64,000 nt of DNA from Lytechinus pictus (lineage: Eukaryota), in contig NC_087249.1 of NCBI RefSeq assembly GCF_037042905.1, positions 6,636,001 through 6,700,000 of the forward strand, given 5' to 3'. The translations under genes were made by a program, and so were the position numbers. The notes under the pieces are model-generated. The model had not been told where the DNA came from, made no database searches, and worked only from the letters and a program-made list of their open reading frames with translations. This document shows positions 52,581-64,000 of the stretch, one piece after another; position 1 is the first letter of the stretch; each line of letters opens with the position of its first letter.

Positions 52581-55500
52581 GTAATATATTCTTTGTATTT
52601 TTTCTTATTATTTAATAAATATAACTTAAGAATTTTAAGGGTTTAGCGGCCTTCCTTTGCCCCGGCTGACACAGTCACTGAGTCGGTAACAAGTGTTGCA
52701 GCTGTAGACCAAAAGCTTCGGTCTCTAGTGTTATGTTGGTTGTTCAGCTGAACTCTGTTGGCTTCACTCACCAAATACAGAGACCGAAGTTCTAGCGCGA
52801 TCTGTACAGGGGACTCAATGGCCATATGTTTATGTACTTAAGATCGGATAAAACGGGGAAGTGAATTTGCGCGACAGCCGAGGTAAGTCACTGTTTTTGT
52901 TCCTTTTAACTTGATTTTTCTCCGTTTTGGGGCAATTAATGCCAAGAGGGAATATTAATTTGCATTTTGGTCGCGTTAATTTTCAAATTTTTTATTCATT
53001 AAAGACAAAAATTGAAGAGCCCCGACGGGGGGATTTCGCATTGCAAGTCCCCTAATGGTGGCTGCACGCTAGCGAGCCGTCTGTGTACGAGGAGAATTTA
53101 AAAAAAAAAATGTTAAAAAACTCCTCGAAACAGACGGCTGCCAGCTGTCTATTGCAGCTGCAGAGATCCAGACAGAGACAGTGTCAGTGCAGAAGCGGAG
53201 CGGCAACAAACGGCAGCCCGATCGGGAGCCGGTAAAATCAGCCTCGTTCGGGCCTAGGCCAAGGCTAGCGCGAGGGAGCCGCTGCGTAGCACCACGCCTC
53301 AAAATATATGTAAAAATTGTGTTCTTTTGTTCCTTTTGAAATAACCCAGAGAGCTCCCGTCCGCGCAGCGGGCGGGAGCCCAGAAGCTCACAGTGTATTC
53401 TACCATTGCCACCGGACAAGGGTGATTTATGGTCTAAATATTTCTCCAAATGAATTGTGAAAACAAAAAGTGTACAATTACCACGATTATATGGATGAAG
53501 GTCTAGCGAGTGGCAGATTCCTGACATCTGAGCACAGTCTGGAACCTCAAAAAAACGAAAAGTTCTCTGCTTCTACCCCGTCTCGATCGGCCATTTTTGT
53601 TAAAAATCGTAACAAAACGGCCGATCGAGACTGGGTAGAAGGAAAGAACTTTTGTTTTTTTTGAGGTTCCAGACTGTGCTCAGATGTCAGGAATCTGCCA
53701 CTCGCTAGACCTTCATCCATATAATCGTGGTAATTGTACACTTTTTGTTTTCACAATTCATTTGGAGAAATATTTAGACCATAAATCACCCTTGTCCGGT
53801 GGCAATGGTAGAATACACTGTGAGCTTCTGGGCTCCCGCCCGCTGCGCGGGCGGGAGCTCTCTGGGTTACTTTTGAAAATAGATTGGAAGATAATAGCAT
53901 TGAGATAGTGCCTAGTGGTTTTGTTTATTTTTTAATGCAACTTGTCCGTGCCAGTGCGAGTGGTGAGTGGTGAACTTGAGAAGTTGAGGCTTGAAGTTGA
54001 AAAGTTGAAGTTGAAGTTGAAGTTGAAGTTGAGCCTTGCTTGACCAATTCATAATCTGTTAATCATAATCATGCAGTCTTGTCTTGAGAGTTGAGTCTGA
54101 GTGAGCGAGAGTGATTAGTGGACTTTACAATCTTAAAATAGACCTGAGGCTGACGTGAGACTCGAGTCCTATTCAAAATTTAGACTTACGTTTGACTTCA
54201 GTCATTGACATCATTAAATTATGTTGAATTTGAATTGATTCATGATTGTTTTATAACAAACAATTTCAACATTGAATTTGAATTGAGCTGGCTTTAGTAG
54301 ACTTAATTCATGCTTGAAATTTAATCTTTAGAAAAATTTTGGTGTGCAGACGTAATTTTACAATTAAGCCAGGGCCCAGGGCTAGTTTAAGGACGTTCCA
54401 CAGTTAAAGTGAAATCCATGTCATTTTCACCAAACTTTGCACATAGATACTTTAGAACCTTAATATTCGAAATATGCAAAAATTAACATGGGTACATGTG
54501 CTTGATTTTTTGCTATAGAGCTTCAAAGTTCACCCAAATTGATGTTCTTAAGAATTGCGCATTCAAAAGAATTTGGCATTTTTAGACCTCCCAAGATTAC
54601 TACAATGAGTTTAAACCTCTATTACTCAGTCAAAATACATGAAAAAGTCATCAGATTTCGCAAGAGAGTTGGTAATTATATCGTTAGAATGGAGAATGTA
54701 TTTATAGTGCTATTTGTTTGCAATTTTAAGTTTAACAGTACTGTCAGGTCTTTAAAAAGGCGTAAACGATAACAAAATCCCAATCTAAAAAATGTAAAAT
54801 TTCAGTAACAAACTACAAACGTACAATAAATGCTGCACTTTATTCAAAATCCATGTCATTTTCACCAAAATTTGCAGAGTTGTAGAGGAAGGTATACCTA
54901 AGAGGTACAAACATTAAAAAATAGGGGTTCATGTGCTTGTTTTTAAACTATCAGCATTTTTATTAGAGCAAATGTGCTTTTTAAAACACCAAAAATGTGC
55001 CGAATGCTTTGTATCTATGTGAAGAAAAAATCAAAACCACTCTACCATGTATTCAAACTTGGGGTAATATTCGTGATTCTTGGCAGCAATGCAGAGTAAA
55101 GTATTTTGACATTGTAGAATTTTTTTTTTTGAATGGTCCATGGAATAATTCAATTTTTTAGCTTCATGAAATGACGCATCGGATCTGCAGTTAAAGTGCA
55201 GAAGATGAGAAAAATCAGCTCATACCCGCAGCTAATTAATCTCCTGTTCATCCATTGTGACGTTAGCGCGCAGAGTGTAAATTATGCGCAGATCATAATG
55301 CGCACAAACATAACTGTGGAACGTCCTTAAGGGCTACTAAATTTTTTGTTATAAAAAATATAAATGAAAAAAAAATGCTGCTGTAAACTTTTTCTTTTTA
55401 TGCCATTTAATAGGTCTAGGTCAGATGAAAGTTGGTCATTGGTTTTTGTGTGCAACTTTGTACAAAATATTTTGTCCTACTTTTTAAATTAAAATATATT

Positions 55501-58500
55501 ATCTTCCCTTTTTTTCATGTAGGGTTCCACCCAAGGTGGAAGCCAAGCAGGTGGAGCCAGTACCCTAAAGGTTAATAAAGCCAGAGCACCAGCGAAGGGC
55601 AAAAAGGTGAGTAATAAAAAATAGCTTGAAATAGGTTAGAGAGGAAAAGAGAGAGACAGAGAGAAAGAAAGGAGAGGAGAGGAGAGAGGAAAGGAAAGAA
55701 GAGAGGAAAGGAAGGAAAGAAAGAGAGAGAGAAGAGGGAGGAAAAGGGGGAGGGAGGGGAGAAAAATGAGGGTGGAGGTTGATGGATGTAATTGATTCTG
55801 GAATGGTGTTAAGCAAGAACTTCCTTGTTTGGTATGCTGTACATGGAGATGTTATCCTGCTTTCCTCATTAACCATGGCTAGTAATTTAGATTAAAAAAA
55901 AAATCTCTTTATCTTATCTTCCTCGAAGATTTTGAAGGGGTACTGAGTCATAAGTAAACAGATTTAAGCCAATATCATTTCTGATCACCAGGGTAATTAA
56001 AATATAATTTTCAGAAAAGTGGCACAGGATATCTAAAGTTTTATTGTATTGTTTTTAAAATTTGGAATATATGCATACAGAATTGCTTTTATCTCTTATT
56101 AACAGACAAGTTGATTCTTACAGTGTACATGTACTTCATGTACTGTAAATGTGTAATGTGGAATCATGTAGCTACTTGACATTTCTAAAGGGAAAATTGA
56201 TATGATAAGGGTTAAACTTGTAACATCTTGGATGATGGAACAATCTTATTGAATTGTTCAGAAAATAATGGATGTTAATGTTATAAAAGCGTTCATAATC
56301 TTTTGGAACCTGTTACACTTGTGTGTGTGTAAGGTAAGTTAATATTAATGATAAATTATTTGTTTTATTATTTGTTTAAAGGATGATGACGACGCCACAG
56401 AGGCGGGAGAACATGGCGGTGAGGAGTGGATGCAGGTAAACTTGATTTCTTTATACTTGTTGCAGTAATGGTGAAATACAGTGTTTGGAAACTCAGTATA
56501 TAGCTTTGGTCACTTTTAAATGCTCTGCATCTTTATTCACTTTAAAGGATATTTGTTGTTCCCTGTTAAATGTATTTTAAATTTCTTTCAATTTAAATGA
56601 TATGCTCTTTTGACTACTTTAAAATGTAATGCAGTTTATCCACTGCTATGTATTTGTATTCACTTTTTTGAAATACGTACTTTATTTTTGTTGGAGTTTC
56701 AGCTTTGCTTTCTTTAATACTTGAATGTTTTCTTTTTAATCTCGATGAATTAAGAGTGAACAATTATCGCTTCCCCTATTTAAGGTACATGTAATGTGTA
56801 TCTACGTTTTGAATGATGTATGATTATTTATTACTATTTGTCTTTCTGCAGACAAAGTCTTTGATAAAGCCCGATGATCAGCTGGAGTTGAATGAACTGG
56901 TAAGACCAAGATGGATTTATCTATAAATCCTAACCTGTCTGAAGCATGTTTTTGTATAACATGTGGTCACATGTCCTTGTTTTTGTTTCATCTGAATTAA
57001 TCAGACTTTTGGTCAAGTTTATTTTATGTCACATCTATTCAATGAGAAATATATGAAAATTATTATTTATTTGATTTAAAGTATGCGGATGCTTGCAAGT
57101 AAGCAAATTGAGACAAAATTCCCTAGTCCTATACAAGAGACCGGGGCCCCCTTAACACTAAGGTAAGTGATTAATTGCTATATTTAAAGAACGATTCTGA
57201 TTGGTTCCCTGTCAGTCTACTGAGCAAAATGTGCATACAAGATTGATCTTGATAGGCCGATTCATTTAGCGATTAATCACTAGCCTTTGTCTTATGGGGC
57301 CCTGGAGGCCGTAACACAGAGTTTAGCAATCATCGTAGAAGAACATTGTTGTGATTGATTGCATTGACCTGACTGCAATCAATGTACAATCAATAATGGA
57401 CATTAAGTGTGTGTTTAATCACTAACCTTTGTGTTAGCACACCTTACAACCGTTCGCGATCCGATTTGGAACAAATTGTATTTTGCTCATTTTCTGAAAA
57501 TGTGAATGGAACATATAATTTTATTTGAGGTTAAAATTAGTTGAAAGAATACTAATATAACCATTTTGAAAGGTTGCAAGCCTTTATTTTGGAGTAAAGG
57601 CCAAATTAGTGTCAAATCTTAGCTAATCGTACAACTGCTATGACGTCATTACAAGTAGATATTAAATTCACTTTTATTCTAAGAAGGATGATAGCATATT
57701 CACAGATTTGAACATAGGTATTCGTTTGATGATTGAGAACATTACACAGTAAGATATTCCAAGTCTCAATGTTAAGCATCAAATTCTACTACGTTTTATT
57801 CCAAAACTGGGTCACAGACCAATCGTAAGGTGTGCGGTCGCCTTTACTGGACGGTCTGGACCCTGGCCTGGCAATGAGGATTAATGTTCTACCTACTAGC
57901 ACTCTTGCATCAATTTAGTGTTTATATCAGGATAGCTCTCATGTGAACCATTCTGGCAGTAATTTTTCATAGACAGTTCAATTCAATTCAATTTATTTAT
58001 TTCCATATTCAAATTCAAATTGTACAATATAAAAACATGATAAAAATACAAACAAGAATTAATTAAAAAATTACAAAATACAAAAAATGCCAGTACCAAA
58101 AGCTACAAAAAATACAAAAAACAACCAAAGAAGCAGAACATAATATGTAATCTGAATACGGAGGAATTGCCAAAAAGCCAAAGACGCTTATCGAGGGCAA
58201 TCCCAGAATAAGACTAAAAAGATACATTTATATCATGCGATACAGGGAGTGCGAGACAGACAGGCAGAAATTTGAGAGAGGGGGATGGGAAAGAAAAGGG
58301 AGAGAGATAGGAAAAAGATGAGAATAGAGAATTGATATGAAAAAAGAAGATTACGAAGAAAAAATAGACATGCTTAGTATATTAAAAATCTACACGCAGT
58401 ATATAAGCCTTGTATTTACGTTTAAATGTTAACAAAGTCGGACATAATTTAAGTTCATCTGGAATATTATTCCAGCATTTAGAACCAATGAAAGCAATGG

Positions 58501-61163
58501 TAGTTTTTGAGAAATTAAGTTTTAAGAAAGGTAAACATAAATCCCCTTGTGCCCTAGTACTATATGAATGTATTGCACTATTCTTAGTAAAAGATCATTA
58601 AAACTCATAGGCAGTATACCTTTGAAATAAGAATACATAAATATGGCAACTTGTTGGTGATTAATTTGAAAAACATTTAAAACATTCATTTTCTTAAAAA
58701 GAGGAGAGCTGTGACTTAAAGGTGGAGCATTGCACATAACCCTAATTGCACGCTTTTGTAGTATGTATAATCGGTTTAAAATAGTAATTCCACAGTTTCC
58801 CCAGACAATATTACAGTAAGACATTTGGGGTAAAATCATTGAATTGTATAGCATCATTAGTACTTTAAAAGGCACGACAAGTTAATCTGCTCTTAGCCAA
58901 TCAGATCACATCAATTCTGCAGATTGTAACCGTTTTCAGCGATGAGTACTCACAAGTGCTTTGTGAAACGTTCACATACATGTAGACCTTGCTTTCCTGA
59001 GGGCTCTGCACATCACTGCATGCATTGCAAAACAGTTAAAAAACGCACATTCTCATGTTTTTGCTTTTAAGGAATGCTTCACTCAAGTACATAAATGGCC
59101 AAATACATGTACATACGATTAAGCCTTGCTCACAATAATGACTGAAAGTATTGGGCTTCTTGTCTTAATCTGGGGTAGCACACAAATTTTGATTCCTGTT
59201 ACAACGGGATGTATAGATTTTAATTACATTTTTGAGGAAATACATTGAAATATTGGAAATTGGGTGTGAAATAAAATACAACAGTCAGCGTGCTTCATAT
59301 TTATAGCATTCAATATTTCATTAATTATCAATAGTTTTATGCCAATGGAGCATGATATTAAAAGTTGATGTTTAAGCTTTTTAGATGGTATTCAGAGCTG
59401 ATCGTGACACATCATTTTCTCATTTTCTATTTTTACCCAACAGGAGCTGAAGGAAGAATTCACCAGGATCCTAACTGCCAACAATCCTCATGCTCCACAG
59501 AATATCGTCAGATACAGCTTCAAGGTAAGTCAATTAGCCACTGCCATTACTGGCGTGTGCAAGTTCTTATGCAGGCAAGTGAATAGGGGATATCACATGC
59601 TCTTGATATGCCTACATTCTTTCTATTTTGGTAAATTCACATTACGGTAACTGCCATTGAGGTGTTGATGCTGTTGAGCCCAGGGTTGGTCCCAGCCAGA
59701 TTAGACACAATGCAATTTCAGGGGCCATATTTTTTTTGCACTATAATAGTCGGCCTCCCAAACTTTTGTGTCTAATCCGGCTGGATCTGCGCCTGGTTCA
59801 TTGAAGTTACTTTGATTTTGCAGCAATGGGCCCCGCAGCTGGTCATGTGGTCAAGTCTTATCCATACAGTGCTTTCATACCAAATGAAAATTGTCACAAT
59901 TTTTTTTTCATTTGTGTAGAAGTTGAGTATTATGGTCAAGTTGATAGGTCTCCGGACTATGAGCCACAAAGCCCGGGGGTTCAAATCCCACCGTAGCACT
60001 CGCATCCTTTGGCAAGGCATTTATCAACATTTGCCACTCTCCACCCAGGTCATTACGTCAAACCCCCGTTTGAGAACGTACCGCAGTTCAGATTGCAAAC
60101 TGCGGTATTTCACCCCATTTTGCATTTGAAAATCTAAAACATCATTTCCAAGCCCAGGGGGCCGTTTCATAAAGCTGTTCGTAAGTTAAGAGCGACTTAA
60201 AGAGCGACTGGTGATTATCGCCAATGGTGTGTACCATTTACCGCAAGACAGGATCACCAGTCGCTCTTAACTTACGAACAGCTTTATGAAACACCCGCCT
60301 GATCAACCCCGCTTGGCCAGGTAATCCCCGCTGTCTCAATTTCACCTCCACAGGCCAGATTATGAGCGTTGAGCCAAGGACGAAATGATAAACAACAGCT
60401 GTGCTATTACGTAAGACTTCTCTGCCTGTAGTAGGACCTTTTGAATGAAATTATTGTATTCGATATTTAATCACGTTTTCAAAGGCATATTGTATTCAGA
60501 AATTCAATGTTAGTTCATTTTTAATTTCGAACGAAGAAAATCGACCTCGAAATAAGGAAAGTAAGCGAATAGAAATGACGTCATGCTTACCGGGTCCGCA
60601 CTCAGCGCTGCGCATGCATCCCATCGTGTTTGGCCCCCTGCTGTGACTGTATATGCCGGGCTGTTGTGTTATCTTCGAACCGAGGTAAAAAAACAGGTGT
60701 TTTTTATACTTACATTGCATGCTTGGAGCAGTAGGGTTTGTCGTACTTGGAGAAAAGAATTTATTGCAAGGGAAACTGGGGTATAGTGTTCTCAAATGGA
60801 GGTTTTTCGTCATGTGAAATAAATGGGTATTCGGAAGGAATTCCTTTACTGCCTGAGCGCCGATCAAGGTAGCTATGATAAAGCCAGTGTAATGATAATG
60901 TTATATTAAGCAGGGGTTGGTGGAAGAACAGTTTTCAGAACCAAAGTGGCTACCCTGGGTGGAGTCTGACATCATCATCAATATCATCATCATCATTATG
61001 TACTATTATTATTCATGTATCTTTTTCATATTGTAGGATTGTTCCTTTAAGCAAACATCCCACGTTGACCAACTGGCCATCCATTTCTCGCTTGATGGTA
61101 ACATGATCCACAAGGATTCCGATGAAGCCAGGAGACAACAGCAAAGACATAATGCTTCTGAAG
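52551..61163 (+). CDS. DNAI1: Axonemal dynein intermediate chain 1 (outer-arm IC), 5' partial, spliced: 52551-52580, 55523-55606, 56382-56435, 56852-56899, 59444-59524, 61037-61163
   Basis: All six exons have GT..AG boundaries and join in frame: [168 protein letters not shown] and KDSDE.RRQ are the conserved DNAI1/IC78 N-terminal motifs. The WD40 part lies beyond the window. Confidence 0.93.
53342..53869. mobile_element. Near-perfect 528-bp palindromic MULE/foldback MITE in DNAI1 intron 1
   Basis: ~260-bp arms with few mismatches; perfect 9-bp TSD cttttgaaa at 53333-53341 and 53870-53878. Confidence 0.95.
54391..55326. mobile_element. Kolobok-like (TTAA) non-autonomous element in DNAI1 intron 1
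   Basis: TTAA flanks, perfect 16-bp TIR ggacgttccacagtta / taactgtggaacgtcc, internal direct repeat aaatccatgtcattttcaccaaa. Confidence 0.85.
55523..55606 (+). CDS. DNAI1: DNAI1 coding exon 2
   Basis: Polypyrimidine tract plus tag acceptor, AAG|gtgagt donor, 84 nt open. Confidence 0.88.
56382..56435 (+). CDS. DNAI1: DNAI1 coding exon 3
   Basis: T-rich tract plus aag acceptor, CAG|gtaaac donor, 54 nt, [18 protein letters not shown]. Confidence 0.88.
56852..56899 (+). CDS. DNAI1: DNAI1 coding exon 4
   Basis: tctttctgcag acceptor, CTG|gtaaga donor, 48 nt, [16 protein letters not shown]. Confidence 0.92.
57976..58877 (-). mobile_element. Crack/L2/CR1-group LINE 3' fragment in DNAI1 intron 4
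   Basis: ORF 58522-58875 ([32 protein letters not shown]) is a post-RT domain; aataaa plus (ttgaa)n tail at 57976-58000. Confidence 0.88.
59444..59524 (+). CDS. DNAI1: DNAI1 coding exon 5
   Basis: cag acceptor, AAG|gtaagt donor, 81 nt, [27 protein letters not shown] (diagnostic). Confidence 0.96.
60157..60299. mobile_element. Harbinger-like palindromic MITE family D
   Basis: gtttcataaagctgttcgtaagttaagagcgact / agtcgctcttaacttacgaacagctttatgaaac. Confidence 0.85.
61037..61163 (+). CDS. DNAI1: DNAI1 coding exon 6
   Basis: tag acceptor, G|gtaaaa donor, 127 nt, [42 protein letters not shown]. Confidence 0.94.
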
Positions 61164-62402
61164 GTAAAACATGGGGCTTCTGAAGGCTTGAATCAAAGAT
61201 GTTGTATCCAAACTAGGTCCTCTGGTCTGGATTACAGAGCCTTAGCTGTGGGAAAGTTGTTCAAACCTCTCCCGCCGCATTTTCTGATTTGTTTCTGACT
61301 GTTTCAGGACTAGATCTGAGAATGTGGTTGGCTAAATTTGTCTTTGAATTCATCTCTTTTACTAACATAACATTAGTGCAGGTAGATGGAACTTTGTATC
61401 TATAGGGAAAACATGGGTGATGAATGTACATTAGAGTCTGTATATGCTTCATGGTAATTGCAGGTTTAGTAGGACATCAAAACAGTTTGCTGTAGTTTCT
61501 TGCATTTTAGCAAGACATTGGTGAAGGAGATTTTTTTTCTTCATTTATTGAATAAAAAAAACTAACAAATACTGTATATAGTTTTGGCTATAGGAATAAA
61601 TCCCTTACTACATTCCACACATTAACAAATATGAAACCTATGCAAATTACAAGATTTCAGCGGCCACGCTTATGCTATTGGTGACGCAAGGAACTGATAG
61701 TATAGGTCATATATCACACATCTCTTAAATGTGACCACCCAGTTCAAAACTCGTAATAAGGGGCTTAACAAATTTTTCTGAAAATAGTTATGTTCCAAAA
61801 TCAGATTTATAAAATTGTATTTATTAGAAAAATCAACTTCTCTACCAAGTGTGAAGTCTGACCAAAGAAGAGACTCCAAACAGGAGACACAAAAGTTTCC
61901 TTTTATCCATTTTTTTTCTAATGATTTTTTTATAATAAAGTTCCAACAGATCTTGCATATCCCCTGCTTGAGTGAGTGTATTCAGCTCCTGAAATTCTTC
62001 TGCATTCAATCAAGTTGCTACATGTGGGTTCAGTTAATCAATTAAAAAACACCAACATATAATTTTGAAGCTTAGTATTTGCATCTTCAGACCTGAAATC
62101 ATTTTGGCCAAATTTTTATGGGTTTTAAGATAGGAAGTTGTACACTGATAGGAATGGAATAGCAGATTACTTCATATTTCCTTACATGCATATATGGCCT
62201 TTTGTTTCAAAACTGGATATGATCTTTGTGAGTTTCCATTTCTTGACTTTTCACCACCCTGAAATAGGTGCAATCATGACACTAACTCTCTCTCTACTAA
62301 GTTACATGTACATACACTCAACCCTGTAAAATTTTGGTAAAAGTTAGGTTTGGGGTCTACGATTGATGTTTAGTATGGTAAAATTAGGAAAATAGACTCC
62401 AA

Positions 62403-62570
62403 GGGGCCGTTTCATAAAGCTGTTCATAAGTTAAGAGCGACTTTAAGAACGACTGGTGAACCTTACGTGCCAAACCATCGCCAATGAATATACCATATAC
62501 CACAAGAGAGGATCACCAGTCGTTCTTAAAGTCACTCTTAACTTACGAACTGCTTTATGAAACACCCACC
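62403..62570. mobile_element. Harbinger-like palindromic MITE family D, second copy
   Basis: Homologous to 60157-60299. Confidence 0.85.
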
Positions 62571-64000
62571 AGATTAAATGTTGCAGTATATTATATACAT
62601 GTATGTTGCAGAACTTTCAAAATGTTCACAAAGTTATATTAGAATTATTTCTTTTTACACTAGAGTTATAATCCATATTATGCCCATACTTATACTCAAT
62701 GTTGATGCACTGTTAGTCTACATTTACCAAATATGTGTGCACATAGGTATATTTGGCACTTTGAGTAATATTTTTTCTTGTCAGAAGTTTAGAAAATCAA
62801 AATCTTGTTTATAAACAGTTATCCAGAGAATTGCTGAACATGCATGTTTGATAGTGTATTCTTTCATAAGACTCCGATTCTAGAACTTTAGTAAAATGTG
62901 TAAATTTTCCTGTATACACTAAAGGGATAACCTAGTAAACTTTCCCAAATCTCACAATTACTAACTCTTAGTAGGCCTATTAAATGTAATCAGATAAAAG
63001 TAGATGTGAAAGACTACATGTATGTGTATCCCCACTTCAGTTTTAATCTCAAATGTTTCAAGATTAGAATGCTCTTGTAGACGATTGTGGAGTGGATGTA
63101 TGAATAAACTTTTGAATGTTAACGGGTGTGTTTCTAACTCTCTCGCTCTTCCATTTATCCTCTTCTAACACAAAGTTGGTCTTTTCTTCAAACATTGGAG
63201 TGGCGGTAGGTCTCATTTCTATTAACAATCAATCACCTATCTTATGCGCTACATGTACTATCCATTGCTGCTTATACTGTACATGTGTTCAGTCTGTTAT
63301 GTGTACTCTGTCTGTTGTCTGTTGCCTTTTTAACAAAAGTATTCCTGTTGGGTATCGCGTTGGTCTTGCAAAAACTGTAAGTTTCAAACAACTTCATGTA
63401 CAATTGCTGACCTATCATTTTCAACAACAACCATCTTTTTTTTTCTCATCAGGTGAAGTGAAGTCCCAGTCTTGGGTATTAAAATTCTTGGGGAGTATTT
63501 CATAAAGATTTTTGTTGTCAGATCTGACAAATTGACTTGATTTCGTTTGGCTGAGAAGCACTGTTACTATGGAAACTGTCGGATAAAACAGGACTTGGTC
63601 AGATAAAATGCCCGACAAGTCCTTTAATGAAATGCTCCCCTGAATGCAGAGTTTATGATTTGGGTTTTAGTACTCGCACTAGATCTCATTTACCACTCAA
63701 ATGGGTCACCAAGTCATATTAAAGGTTGTTTGCAACATACCAAGGATGTAATCTAGGCTGGTACTTCCCGGGGTCACGAGGCCACAAGAGAAAACCACCT
63801 CCTGAGAATCTGTACATGTCACTTGGCCAGATGCTAAGGCCAGCAAAATGTGGCCTTGTCAACATCCCTGCAACTTACATGTACAAACTGCTTTATAACA
63901 CACCACCCCTGTCTGTAATTTTCCCATTTTTGGTATATTTACGAAAATTATCTTAAAGTTAATGAAAATTACAATTTTTTTTCTAAAACGTTATAATACA

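Noticed and set aside
53069..53908. Mirror-image ORF pairs, toxin-antitoxin-like
   Set aside because: A direct consequence of the 528-bp palindrome

Overview
AT-rich, intron-rich animal genomic DNA, most likely a sea urchin (inferred from the dynein sequence and repeat types). It is not prokaryotic, and almost all entries in the ORF track are spurious. The one clearly identifiable protein-coding gene is the 5' part of axonemal dynein intermediate chain DNAI1 (+ strand, six coding exons, 52551-61163, continuing past the window). Its promoter has an NRF1/P3A2-type site next to an RFX X-box. A probable second, divergently oriented gene on the - strand has a non-coding first exon near 41 kb and a uORF-rich exon at about 7.9-8.3 kb. 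The rest is dense with non-autonomous DNA transposons (Harbinger-, hAT-, Kolobok- and MULE/foldback-like), tRNA-type SINEs, two LINE 3' ends, and a Helentron-like element carrying a 154-bp satellite nested inside a Harbinger MITE. The most unusual signal is the strong enrichment of the palindrome TACATGTA. Comparing paralogous repeats shows it arises by TA->TACATGTA insertion, resembling a Tc1/mariner excision footprint. It is dense in the gene bodies and nearly absent from the intergenic and promoter interval.
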